DNA from: a bacterium
GTDB lineage: Bacteria; Zhuqueibacterota; Zhuqueibacteria; Residuimicrobiales; Krinioviventaceae
Reading direction: 5' to 3'
Length of the DNA: 64,000 bases
Assembly (NCBI GenBank): GCA_963674595.2
Contig: CAXXFV010000004.1
Coordinates: 64,001 to 128,000 of the forward strand
Made by a program: the position numbers and the translations under genes. Of the stretch, positions 1-10,800 are shown piece after piece (position 1 is the first letter of the stretch; each line of letters opens with the position of its first letter). The notes under the pieces are model-generated. The model was given only the letters and a program-made list of their open reading frames with translations, did no database searches and was not told where the DNA came from.

Positions 1-1
1 T

Positions 2-1141
2 CCATTTCCGCATTTCCTGTCCTTCATCTGTGTTCTGTGGGAAACTCAAAAAGTCAAGTTCAATACCGAGCTTTTCCTCAAGCTGAACAGCAATAACCGG
101 CCAGACAATCCCGATATCCGCAACAATGGGAATGCTGTTTTCAAGCCGGGCAAAACCGGACATTTCCATTCGAAAGGGAATGTCCATTATTTTTGTTTTT
201 GGCAGTCCCTTATCAATGGCCTCCTGAACGGTACTGGAATTCTTTTCAAAGTCCCAGGCTTTTTTCAGATTGGGGTCCAGATCGATACGGACCAGTGTTT
301 TATTTTTCAAACTAAACGTAGGATGGCCTCCCCATTTTGACCATATACCATGGCCGGTGTATAACTCAAACGGTCCGTCGTGTATTTCCTGCGTAAGCGC
401 AACAGCCGATTCAATAATTACATCCGCGCCGGAAAGCATTTCAGCAATACGTGTTGAACGTTCAATAATTGAAATAGAATCTCCGATGGCAATTCCCACC
501 ATGCCGCCGCCAACCAGTTGCGGGATGGTCACTAAAACCGGCACCTCCTTTTGAAAACCTGCGCCGATCATTGTCCTGGGATCAGCCCCGGCGCCTGCCA
601 CCGTTTCAAAAGGCAGTCCCTTACTTTTTGCCAGAAATAATATATCTTTGGCCAGGTTTTCCGTACGTAATCCCATGGGATAGGCCATGTTACCGGCCGC
701 TTTGATAATAACCTGCCCCTCTTTTGAACCGAGTATTGTTTTTATTAATTGTTTATCAAGAAGCATTTCCTGTTCAAATTCGAATATCAATTCCGGTGAC
801 AGACAGGTCACTTCAAAAATATCTCCCCGGGGTAGCATAGATGGATCGATGCCGAATGATTTTCCGTCAACGCGTTTTACTTCATCGAGAACTCCGGCCA
901 TCTCATGGGCAATAACAGCCGAACTGGTCGTAATGCCGTCAATAACTCCCTTATGAATCAATTGGGCCAACAGCGTTGTCACGCCTTCATGTAAATTCGG
1001 ACCGCTGCCGGTAATGACAACAACTTTGCCGCCTTTATGCTTGGCTTTGGTAATATCAGAAACTGTTTTCTGAATGGAATCTCTCGTCTCTTTGGAGAGC
1101 TGGTTAAACAACTGTTTAATTTTTTCTCTGTCAGCCGGCAT
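2..1141 (-). CDS. Deoxyhypusine-synthase-like (DHS-like NAD-binding fold) hypothetical protein, 3' end truncated by window edge; absent from ORF track
   Basis: Manual translation from ATG at 1141 (SD-like GAGG upstream) stays open to the edge: MPADREKIKQLFNQLSKETRDSIQKTVSDITKAKHKGGKVVVITGSGPNLHEGVTTLLAQLIHKGVIDGITTSSAVIAHEMAG...VPVLVTIPQLVGGG. The N-terminal pattern resembles the DHS-family segment. Fold assignment is by eye. Confidence 0.7.
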   Translation of the reverse strand, partial: MPADREKIKQLFNQLSKETRDSIQKTVSDITKAKHKGGKVVVITGSGPNLHEGVTTLLAQLIHKGVIDGITTSSAVIAHEMAGVLDEVKRVDGKSFGIDPSMLPRGDIFEVTCLSPELIFEFEQEMLLDKQLIKTILGSKEGQVIIKAAGNMAYPMGLRTENLAKDILFLAKSKGLPFETVAGAGADPRTMIGAGFQKEVPVLVTIPQLVGGGMVGIAIGDSISIIERSTRIAEMLSGADVIIESAVALTQEIHDGPFELYTGHGIWSKWGGHPTFSLKNKTLVRIDLDPNLKKAWDFEKNSSTVQEAIDKGLPKTKIMDIPFRMEMSGFARLENSIPIVADIGIVWPVIAVQLEEKLGIELDFLSFPQNTDEGQEMRKW

Positions 1142-1160
1142 TTTTTTACCTCATGAAATT

Positions 1161-1904
1161 TTACAATTTAATGGCTCCGGATTTAATTAACTTTTCTACT
1201 TTCTCAAGTTCTTCCGGTGTATCAACACTGACGCCCGCAGCACGATCACTTTTGGTTTCAACAACATAAATTTTATACCCGTTTTCCAGAACTCGTAATT
1301 GTTCCAGAGATTCCAGTTTTTCCAGACAGGTTTGTGGAAGGGTTGAAAGCTTTTGCAGGAATGTCTTTCTGTAAACATAAAGTCCGATATGTTCAAAAAC
1401 ACGCAAGCCCTGATCATGCCGGGGATATGGAATAAGCGATCTGGAAAAATAGAGCGCAAAATTGTTTATATCCACAACAACCTTGACCACAGCCGGATCG
1501 TGAAAATCCTGGGATTTTATCTCTGTTTTAAGGGTGGACATTTCAATTTCAGGATGATCAAGCAACGGCTGAACGGCTTCGTCGACCATTAGAGGATCAA
1601 AAACCGGCTGGTCACCCTGTATATTAACGACAATGTCGGCATCCATATCGGCAACAGTTTCGGCAATACGGTCCGTACCCGATTGATGGTGCGTTCCGGT
1701 CATAATGGCTTTACCGCCAAAATCATTGATAACTTTTTTAACACGCGGATCGTCAACCGCTACCACCAGTTCGTCCAGTAAAACCGATTTACTCGCCTGT
1801 TCATACACCCATTGGATCATTGGTTTATTTAAAATTTGTGCCAGCACTTTGCCCTCAAAACGGGAAGATCCATAACGTGCAGGAATAACACCAACAACTT
1901 TCAT
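1161..1904 (-). CDS. kdsB: 3-deoxy-manno-octulosonate cytidylyltransferase (CMP-Kdo synthetase)
   Basis: VIPARYGSSRFEGKVL, SGTDRIAE, VNIQGDQP, ALYFSRSLIP, HIGLYVYR, LESLEQLRVLENG, SVDTPEEL. ATG at 1904 with GGAG SD. Confidence 0.93.
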   Translation of the reverse strand: MKVVGVIPARYGSSRFEGKVLAQILNKPMIQWVYEQASKSVLLDELVVAVDDPRVKKVINDFGGKAIMTGTHHQSGTDRIAETVADMDADIVVNIQGDQPVFDPLMVDEAVQPLLDHPEIEMSTLKTEIKSQDFHDPAVVKVVVDINNFALYFSRSLIPYPRHDQGLRVFEHIGLYVYRKTFLQKLSTLPQTCLEKLESLEQLRVLENGYKIYVVETKSDRAAGVSVDTPEELEKVEKLIKSGAIKL

Positions 1905-1984
1905 ATTATCTCCGAATTTCAATATTATTGCTTTTTTTAAATTTACACAATTCTATGAAATTATAAAGTAATTTCTAAAAAATT

Positions 1985-4558
1985 TTACTGCGCCGAATCA
2001 ACTTCCCTGTGAAAATCAATTCGATGCGCTTCACCACGTTCCGCATAATGCGTGATACCTTCGCGTTTAACGATTTTATTAAACTGTTCATAGGTACCGT
2101 CATATTTGGAACGGACCGGATTCCGTTTGCATTTTAAATAAAGCAGCGGTAACCGGGCCATTTCAACCCTGTGTAAAAGCGTATCATTTTTTGCAACTTT
2201 TTGTGCTTTGTCAAATATTTTATCAGCCTGACAAATAAAATCATCAGAAAAAATTAAATCATCCGGACGAAGGCCGAGATGTATATGGGTATCCGGCGTT
2301 ACCTGGTCGTGGAGCAGATCAAAATATTGCCGCACAAATTGACCGCTGCGACCATAATAGCCGTACATAAAATCATTAATAACGGCCTGCATATCACAGT
2401 ATGGGTTCCATAATAATTTTGAAATCACATAGGCCCGCAATTCGGCAAATTCACCACCGCGACTCTGATAAGCGGCCTGTTCCATAATACCTATGGCTTT
2501 ATTTTGAGCAAGTGTTTGAATATTGGGCTGCAACACGTAAAAATTCGGATAGGGCTGAATATAGTGACTGAAATTTACAACATAATCCCAAATGTAAAGA
2601 TGCGGAGAAATCTCGGCCCAGCCCTTTAAATCCTCCATAAAGGATTTGTTTTCCGGACAATGTTGAAAATCATGAGCAAAACAACACTCTATACTACAAA
2701 GCCGAATCACAACATTATGCCGGGGCTTTATTGTTTTACACGGCTTGCGGGTATATTGATAGGCCAGAGTTCCGACAAATTTATCAGGGAATTCCTTTTC
2801 AATAGCTTCAGCGACTTTATTGACAAACCAGATTAACGGTCCGGATTCACTTTCTTCCTGCTGTGCCAACGCCTGACATTTTTCACACTGACAAGGATTT
2901 CTCCAGTCGTTTTGAGAAACCGAATAGATCAAATTGTCAGGATATTTTCTCATCGTGTCTTTTAATCGTTCCGTAATAATACTCAAAACATCCGGATTCG
3001 TTAAACATAACTGGGCATGGTCCCAGGTCCGTTTTCCGTTTACCAAACTAAAATATTCCGGATGCGAACCGAAAAATTCCTCCGGCGGCATAAACCGATA
3101 AAATGTATGTACCGCCCAATAGGCTTCAACCCCGCCGGGCTGTATTCTTGTATTCATGGAACCGTTCATTTTGTTTCGTGCCGCCCAAACCGGATTAAAC
3201 GCTTCGTAATAAAAATCATTGCGTACCCGCACGCCGGGCGATTCGGAATGGTTCAAATAATCAAACGAATATAAACTCTGTTCCGGGATTGACTCCACTA
3301 TGGGTGCATACCAGCGACAGCCTAACTCGTTTTCCAGAAAGGCCATAACGCCGTACATGGTTCCCCGTTGTTTGCCGCCCCATATTAAAATATTCGGCCC
3401 CACGTTTTTATAAGTAAAGGACTCGTCCAGAATATCCGGTTCTTTGACGGCATCACCTAAAAGGCTGCGGGTTGTTTGGTTAAATCCAACCACGATTTTA
3501 GGGGTACCAGTCTTTTCATGTGCAAAACAGACCGGGAAATCAGCGCCGCTGATTTTTTTCAAATAATTTTGCAGTTCGTTGGCAGCCCACTGTTCCGACC
3601 CGGAGGCGTTATCACCAATAACAATCACATAATCCGTTTGCTGGTTTTGGAACAAGGTATAAACCGTACGTTTACCGCTGCAAAATTTGTGGGTTTCTAT
3701 CCACTTTTTCCCATCCGCTAATTCGGATTCGATTTTCAGTATATATTTTTCGAATGGATCAAAATCATTGAGTATCGGCATCTGCGCACTGTTGTCCCAG
3801 GTGCCGGTCCATATCATATTGTCCGGATCATTTTGCAGGGAAACAGACAGGGTTACTTTTTTTAAAATCGTACCTGCCATTGCAACGGGATGTTTAAACA
3901 CCAGAAAAGACTTTCCCTGTTGGTTCGTTTTAACCGAAAACAAACCTGTCTGCCGGGCCAGAGAAGTTGAGTCAAACGGTTTAAAACGCATACAAAAGCC
4001 CCATGAACCGCCGCGTTCTTCCACCTTTAACAAAATTGTATTAACGCCTTTGTGCAAACGGACCGGTATCATATCATCATCCGGCACCAGACCACGTGGT
4101 TCAGGATTGTCCCAAATAACTTGACCGTTTAACCACAGCCTTCCGCCGTCATTTGTCCCCAAAGAGAGTAAACAAACCTTGTCATTGTCCATATCAATTT
4201 CGCAATAGGCATAGGCCAGCACATTTTCTTTGCCGGAAACAGATTTATCAAGATCAACGAGAGAGTCCTGACCGGCAAAGGTTGTCCATTTTAAATCCAT
4301 TACATTGGCCTGAAAAACCAAATCCTCATGAATTTGGGGATTTTCCTCACCACCGATACTTTTTAAATAGTCCACCTCAAAACCATTTAAATGCGCCAGT
4401 TCGGATGCCTGTCCCGGAACAACGGAACATTCAACCGGTCCGCACAACAGCCAGTCCGTTATCCATTTATTATCTTCAAGAGGTTTCGCCAGACTGTTTG
4501 AAAATCCAAATATAATACAAAAAAACAAAGACAGGACGAAATATACAGCTTTATTCAT
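1985..4558 (-). CDS. Secreted DUF4838-domain protein (N-terminal beta-sandwich, GH20/GH67-like domain 2, putative catalytic barrel)
   Basis: Signal peptide; GTNDGGRLWLNG...LHKGVNTILLKV sandwich; AANELQNYLKKISG, RGTMYGV, HPEYFSLVNGKR, QLCLTNPDV, SQNDW..CQCEKC, TLAYQYT. ATG 4558 with GGAGG SD. Confidence 0.8.
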   Translation of the reverse strand: MNKAVYFVLSLFFCIIFGFSNSLAKPLEDNKWITDWLLCGPVECSVVPGQASELAHLNGFEVDYLKSIGGEENPQIHEDLVFQANVMDLKWTTFAGQDSLVDLDKSVSGKENVLAYAYCEIDMDNDKVCLLSLGTNDGGRLWLNGQVIWDNPEPRGLVPDDDMIPVRLHKGVNTILLKVEERGGSWGFCMRFKPFDSTSLARQTGLFSVKTNQQGKSFLVFKHPVAMAGTILKKVTLSVSLQNDPDNMIWTGTWDNSAQMPILNDFDPFEKYILKIESELADGKKWIETHKFCSGKRTVYTLFQNQQTDYVIVIGDNASGSEQWAANELQNYLKKISGADFPVCFAHEKTGTPKIVVGFNQTTRSLLGDAVKEPDILDESFTYKNVGPNILIWGGKQRGTMYGVMAFLENELGCRWYAPIVESIPEQSLYSFDYLNHSESPGVRVRNDFYYEAFNPVWAARNKMNGSMNTRIQPGGVEAYWAVHTFYRFMPPEEFFGSHPEYFSLVNGKRTWDHAQLCLTNPDVLSIITERLKDTMRKYPDNLIYSVSQNDWRNPCQCEKCQALAQQEESESGPLIWFVNKVAEAIEKEFPDKFVGTLAYQYTRKPCKTIKPRHNVVIRLCSIECCFAHDFQHCPENKSFMEDLKGWAEISPHLYIWDYVVNFSHYIQPYPNFYVLQPNIQTLAQNKAIGIMEQAAYQSRGGEFAELRAYVISKLLWNPYCDMQAVINDFMYGYYGRSGQFVRQYFDLLHDQVTPDTHIHLGLRPDDLIFSDDFICQADKIFDKAQKVAKNDTLLHRVEMARLPLLYLKCKRNPVRSKYDGTYEQFNKIVKREGITHYAERGEAHRIDFHREVDSAQ

Positions 4559-4579
4559 CACATTGTCCTCCTGCAAAAT

Positions 4580-7500
4580 TTATTTAAACTCTAAACAAAA
4601 ACTCTGAATTTGATACGGTTTTAACGGAAACGAGAACGAATTTTTATGGATTTGTATTTCCGACAGTCCATTTTCCAATAGGTCGACTTGCTGAACATTT
4701 TTCAGATCACGGGAAAAGCGTAACTCAGACCTACAGGACGTTCCTTCCGTTTCATACAGCCGAAGGATCCATACATCAAGATCGCGGGCCTTTTTAAAAA
4801 CATTCACAACCGCATTTTCCGGCTCTACCTGAAGCAGAGAAAATGCCGGTTCCAGACTTCCCTTATGGGATTCCGCACGATAAACAACCAACGGCTCATT
4901 GAATTCGATTCCCAACTGGGTGGTATTGGCTTCTCTCCAGGTTTTTTGATGGGGATAAACAGCATAGGAAAAATCATGATAACCGCGGTCACACATGGGA
5001 TCCGGGGACAGCGGCGCTCTTAACAACGACAAGCGGATCAGGTTTCCTTTAATGTCATAGCCATACTTGCAATCATTAATCAAACTGACGCCATACTCGC
5101 CATCGGACAAATCCGCCCAGCGCTGGGCCGACACTTCGAATCGTGCTTTTTCAAATGAGGTCAAATTTCCGGTTGACCGTTCAATAGTCGCATAGGGAAT
5201 TTCATAAGTTGCAGTCGCAGCCTGAACAGTAACAGGAAAGGCAGCTTTGAGCATTTTATGCTCTTCCCACCATTCCACATGGTTACGGACCTCAACATAG
5301 GGTAGATGATTATATAAGGAAATATATTGATCAAAAAAGGAAGAGGGGAAATCTTCAGTGGGTGATCGCTGCTCCTTGTTTTCACCCAAATAACTGTGTT
5401 TGACATGGATCGTTGCCCGCACCGGACCGCTTTCAACGAGTCGAACCGACAGGGCGCTGTCGAGTTCCACAGGTTCACCGCCGTACTCTAAATTCCAGGC
5501 GTCATCACGTGTATTGGCGACCTTGCGCAGTTGCAGCATGTTTCCCTTTGGTTCGTCAAAAACATCTTTTTGATTGCGGATATCATACAACTGACGGATA
5601 TAACCGGTTTTTTCATCTATAATCAATTTTAAATATTCGTTACCAATCATTTTTTGATCGCTGATCAGTTGTGTTGAATTGGCACGTGCCGGTCCCTTTA
5701 CCAGCCGATATTGTTTATACCCATAGGATGGTACATTATCCGCCATAAATAAAATTTTGGCCCCCAGAGGATTTTTATCAATTTTTTGACTGGGAATCTC
5801 TGCACCGTTATCAGACAAAATCTTCCACTCTTTATCAGCTTCAAGCCGGTCAAGAGAGACGGTGACCGGACTTGTGCGGGCCCAGGAGTGCGGATTATAA
5901 ACGATCAAGGCCTCACCTTTACCACGGGTATCCATTTTTTCCACAAGCCGACACATGGAATGTTCTATAATGTCTGCAGCGAGTTTTTCGGCTTGTTTGT
6001 ACTCTATTTCCGTATCATGATAAACGGCATTGATGGAAGAACCTGGCAAAATATCGTGGAACTGGTTAAACATTAACGTTTCCCAAATCAGGTCCAGGTC
6101 GGCCTGCGGGTAGGGTTCACCGTGCAGTGCAGCAAGACCGGCAAGTTTTTCAGCCGTTAATACCTGTCCTTCCAGTTTGCGGTTGTGTTTTTTTGTGTTT
6201 GCCTGAGATGTATATGTTCCCCGATGAAATTCCAGATAAAGTTCGTCGTCCCAAACCGGCAATTTTTTTATGTCCTGTTCTGAAATACTGTTAAAAAAAT
6301 CTTCCGAGGTGGTCAAATTAAGTTGCGGGAAAACAGGTGATTCGGCAACATATTTCGCTTTTTGCAGCATTTCCATTGTCGGTCCGCCGCCGTGATTGCC
6401 CACACCATAAATTACAAACTCTTTTCCCAGTCCCTGCTCTTTCATTTCCTCCTGGGAAAATCCGATCAAATCATCAGCGCCGAGCTTGTGATCATAACCG
6501 CTTCTTGGGATATAGGCAAGAATACGACTGCTGTCCGGCCCCTGCCACCAAAAGAAGCGATAGGGGAATTTATTGGTATCATTCCAGTTTATTTTATGAC
6601 TGATAAACGCATCAAAACCGCTTTGTTTTAAAATTTGCGGTAAATTCCAGTTATAACCAAAGGAATCGACAATCCAGCATATTTTCACATCTTTATTGAA
6701 TTTTTCCTGAAAATATCGTTTGCCGTAAAAAACCTGGCGAACAAAAGACTCCCCGGAAGGAAGATTACAATCCGGCTCAACCCACATTCCCCCGACAATC
6801 TCCCACCTGTTTTCATCAACTTTTTCTTTAATTTTTTCAAACAAATCCGGATAATCCTGTTCGAGCCAGCGATAGGCATGTGCCTGTCCCATGCTGTATT
6901 TAAAATCAGGAAACCGTTCCATAATATTAAAAACCGATTGGGTCGTTACTTTGGTTACATCTTTTGCTTCTTTCCAGGTCCACAACCAGGCCAGATCAAT
7001 ATGGGAATAACCGGCACAGAATAACTGGTATTTTTTGCGAATTTCCTCCCCCAAAGGCTGCAACGCTAAAAATTCCTTGTTCAACGTTTTTATAAATTCA
7101 TCTTTATCACCGCTGCTAAACGCCGGTGAATTCACAACTCTTTGGGCAAGCTTTTCAATTTCCTTGAGCCAATATTGCGGCTGTTCACTCATTTCCAGGG
7201 CAATCCGTTTGGCAGCAAAAAGCCGCCAGACATGCGGCTGCAGCTCTTTTTGCACCTCCTGCAAACCGCTGAATTCGATATTGGCATCTTTTAATTGTCC
7301 CCAGCCAATATGGTTGATGCCGCGAATGGCAATGAGAAATTCCTGTCCGGGTTTCACATTTTCAGAAAGGACATAATGACCATTTGCCCAGGTAAACTCG
7401 CCGACAAATTTTCCATTTACATAAACCTGTCCGCCGTTATCCACATTTAAATGTAATGTCATTTTTCGGCCGCTTAAAGAAAAGCCGCCCCTGCTTTCCG

Positions 7501-7753
7501 GAATTTTGATTCTGGTACGAAACCAGACATTGGTTTCAGGTGTATTCCATTTGAATCCAATCGGCACGGTTTGCCATTCCGAATCATCCAGATCAGGATT
7601 TTCACCCCCGGGTTCCCCGCCGAATTGATATTTTATCTGGCCAAAACCGCCATAGACCAGCACATCCAGAATATCCAAAGCCGATGGTTCACCAGCAAAT
7701 GAAATCAATGATGTGTACAAAACAAAAATAAATACACAAATCACCCTGTTCAT
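4580..7753 (-). CDS. GH38 alpha-mannosidase with signal peptide and N-terminal galactose-binding-like domain
   Basis: SHIDLAWLW, GGMWVEPDCNLPSGESFVRQ, DSFGYNWNLPQI, GVGNHGGGPT, ELYLEFHRGTYTSQ, NQFHDILPGSSI, ARFEVSAQRWADLSD. Confidence 0.93.
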   Translation of the reverse strand: MNRVICVFIFVLYTSLISFAGEPSALDILDVLVYGGFGQIKYQFGGEPGGENPDLDDSEWQTVPIGFKWNTPETNVWFRTRIKIPESRGGFSLSGRKMTLHLNVDNGGQVYVNGKFVGEFTWANGHYVLSENVKPGQEFLIAIRGINHIGWGQLKDANIEFSGLQEVQKELQPHVWRLFAAKRIALEMSEQPQYWLKEIEKLAQRVVNSPAFSSGDKDEFIKTLNKEFLALQPLGEEIRKKYQLFCAGYSHIDLAWLWTWKEAKDVTKVTTQSVFNIMERFPDFKYSMGQAHAYRWLEQDYPDLFEKIKEKVDENRWEIVGGMWVEPDCNLPSGESFVRQVFYGKRYFQEKFNKDVKICWIVDSFGYNWNLPQILKQSGFDAFISHKINWNDTNKFPYRFFWWQGPDSSRILAYIPRSGYDHKLGADDLIGFSQEEMKEQGLGKEFVIYGVGNHGGGPTMEMLQKAKYVAESPVFPQLNLTTSEDFFNSISEQDIKKLPVWDDELYLEFHRGTYTSQANTKKHNRKLEGQVLTAEKLAGLAALHGEPYPQADLDLIWETLMFNQFHDILPGSSINAVYHDTEIEYKQAEKLAADIIEHSMCRLVEKMDTRGKGEALIVYNPHSWARTSPVTVSLDRLEADKEWKILSDNGAEIPSQKIDKNPLGAKILFMADNVPSYGYKQYRLVKGPARANSTQLISDQKMIGNEYLKLIIDEKTGYIRQLYDIRNQKDVFDEPKGNMLQLRKVANTRDDAWNLEYGGEPVELDSALSVRLVESGPVRATIHVKHSYLGENKEQRSPTEDFPSSFFDQYISLYNHLPYVEVRNHVEWWEEHKMLKAAFPVTVQAATATYEIPYATIERSTGNLTSFEKARFEVSAQRWADLSDGEYGVSLINDCKYGYDIKGNLIRLSLLRAPLSPDPMCDRGYHDFSYAVYPHQKTWREANTTQLGIEFNEPLVVYRAESHKGSLEPAFSLLQVEPENAVVNVFKKARDLDVWILRLYETEGTSCRSELRFSRDLKNVQQVDLLENGLSEIQIHKNSFSFPLKPYQIQSFCLEFK

Positions 7754-7776
7754 TTAAATTCTCCCTCATAAAAATC

Positions 7777-7798
7777 GGGCCGTAAAAATTTACGGCCC
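7777..7798 (-). terminator. Intergenic hairpin (partial terminator or mRNA-stabilising stem)
   Basis: GGGCCGTAAA-AA-TTTACGGCCC perfect inverted repeat, followed on the minus strand by GATTTTT. Confidence 0.6.
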
Positions 7799-7816
7799 TG
7801 AAATATAATCACTGCA

Positions 7817-10800
7817 TCATCTTAATTCTTTTAAATAAATATTTCGATATTCTATTTTTGTATGATGGTTTTGAAATCCGACAAAACCTTTTCGACGTTT
7901 AAGTCCCGGATGTTCTTTTTCCTGATCAAGATAGTTGATAATATTTGTATCAATAATTTGTATTCCATTTACAACCACCGTCACCTGGGGACCGTTACAG
8001 GTGATGCTCATTTTCTGCCATTCACCGGCTTTTTTAGTCACTCTTTTGTCAGGAGCCTGAACAGCGTAAATACTGCCGGTGTATTGGTAGGGTTTCAGAT
8101 TTTTATATTTTTCAGCATAATCATCCAGCACCTGTATTTCCATTCCTGTATAAGCCGGATCACCTTTATGAGGCGCTCTTATAAAAACACCGCTGTTGCC
8201 GTCCGGCGGAACACGGAATTCCAGGTCCAGTTTAAAATTGTCATACTCACGAGTTGTCGAAATCCATCCGCCGCCGGTACCTTCCGTATAAAGAATACCG
8301 TCTTTAACGTTCCAGCCCTGCGAGTTGTTGACGCTTTCCCAGCCTGTCAAATCTTTACCGTTAAACAACGGTCCGGAAAAAGCCGGTTCATCATCCGGAA
8401 GTTCTTTGATAAATATATTCCGGAAATACAGCGGTGAATGGTGTGACTGCAATTCAATTTGTCCGACAGGATAAATGGGTTTGTCCCGTTCCCAATAATT
8501 TTCCATAATCACATTATCCACAACAAGAACATCGTTTAAAAACACGGTGACACGTTCGTCTTTCATAATAATTCGAAAAGTATTCCAGTCGCCAATCGGA
8601 TTATCAGCAACAGCGAGCGGTTTGCTGGGATTAATTTTGTTATTGTACAGTCCTCCGGAACCTTCCGGCCATTGGGCCGTGTCCCAGATTTGTACCTGCG
8701 GCGCACCACGCAAATAAATGCCGCTGTCACCAAACTTTTCAATCTTCCAGTCCACCAGCATTTCAAAATTACGGTAATCTTTTTCCGTGCATAAACTGTG
8801 ACCATGACCGTCAAAACAGATAACACCGTCAACAACAGACCAGTGGTCCCGCATAAAATCATCCGCCTGTTTTTGTGCTTTTGCCAGCTCATCCGGCGTC
8901 ATGGCTGCTCTTTTTATGGGATTTTCCACCAGGCCTTTCCAGCCGGCTAAATCCTTGCCATTAAACAGTGCTGTAAATCCGTCCGGCGGCTGGTTTAATT
9001 CATCACGAAGCATGGGTTGTTCCGCGAGTTTAGTTTGTAATGATTTTGATGCATTGGCTTTTACCAGCGATAAAACAACCTGTTCAGGAGACAAATTTTC
9101 CTGCTGATCTTCGCTGATACCGGCAATTTTAGTCGCGGCAAACACAGCATCATAATCAAGATCATGATCATCAAAAAACTGCACAAGATATTCAAGAGCC
9201 TGGGGTGATTCAATATTACTCAGCTCCGACAATACAAGTCTTTTTTCTTCCGGACGGTCTGCTATTTCCATGAGTTGTTTGCAGTATTCAAAAGCCCGTG
9301 GTTGCCCCATGGGTGTTTCACGCAGCAAGCGGACAGCGCCTCTGAAAATTAAAATTTTATGGGTTTTGTCTTTCCCCTTTGCCGCCAGATCAATCAGGGT
9401 TTCCAGAGCATTATCATTCGGCCAGTTGGCCAGGGTACGAACCACCTGGTCTTTGTCAGACTTTATTTCACCTTTTACCAGTTCCAGGGATTTATTATCA
9501 CCGATCCCTTTAAAAATTCGGAAATATATCTCTTTGTTTTCGCTTTCCTGAAATGCTTTTTCAAGTTTGGCAAAATTTTCTTTTTTATTTTTCAGGCGAT
9601 TGTACATGGACACAAATGTATTGGCGGCCGAATTTTTCAATTGATCATTCGCCAGTTTTTCATATAACAAATCAAACTCTTTCTGGCTGCCAAAATCAGC
9701 GTACAATTTTAATACTTCAGATGATAATTTTTTATTATCAGAAGCCACATCCTGTGAAATGATTTGAAAAAATCCGGCATCCTGTACGTTACCTATCAAT
9801 TCAAGCGCCGTTATCTTGCAATCATCTGAAAGACCGGGGTATTCTTTGTATAATGTCTCCCGATAGGTTTTAAAAGGTATCGTGAATAAAATTAGAGATG
9901 CAGACTCTTTTAACTCTTTACTGTTTTCATTTTTTAATACATTAAAAACAGGCGCTATCACCTGTTTCTGATCAATCAACGAAATGGCTTTTAAAGCCTC
10001 CAGACACAAATTTGGATATTGCAAAGCTGTCGCTTCTAAAATAAGCGGCATTGCTTGTTTTTGATTCTGACGCGCCCAGAACCGGATAATATCAATTTTC
10101 ACCGCAGAAGACCCGTCAACATATTGCTTTTTTAATACATCAAAAGAAACGTCCAATTTTTGTTGTTCGGCAATATTTAATACGGCATTACGAATTTTGC
10201 TGTTCTCCTGAACGAGTCCGGGTAAAACATAAAAAGCCTGTTTCTTATCCAGATCGGCAAGCGTGCGGAAAGCCTGAATCCGGGCAGCATCCGAATATTT
10301 TCCTGAATCACCAAGGATCTCCCGACAAATCAAAATACCATTGGTCTTATTTTTACTCTTTTCAGCCAGCAGCATCAAATCATCCACATCACCACCATTA
10401 GCTGTTTCAGCTTTTAATTTTGCTTCAACAGGCGCATACCCCAAGTTAGCCAAAGCATGCAGGGCGGCATTTTTTAAAAGATCGTTTTTGTGATCCGTCA
10501 ATTTAAAAACAGCCGTGCACGCAGGTATGTACTCAAGTTGTCCCAGGGCCTGAACAAGATGCACCAGGTTCTTTTCATTTTTCTGGTCCATTGCCTTAAG
10601 CAAAGCCCGTCCGGATTTTTCGCCACCAATAGCAACCATTGTCCTTACTGTGGGTGCACATAATTTTTCCTGAGTCACGAATTGGGACAACGGTTCAACG
10701 GCTTCATCTTGAGCACAATTTTCAAGCTGTTCCAGCAAAAATACTTTATTAACCACATTATTCTGTTGTTTTAACGCTGTTAGCAACGCATTTACAAAAG

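Noticed and set aside
270-956. Plus-strand ORFs 270..554 and 687..956
   Set aside because: Antisense shadows of the long minus-strand ORF 2..1141.
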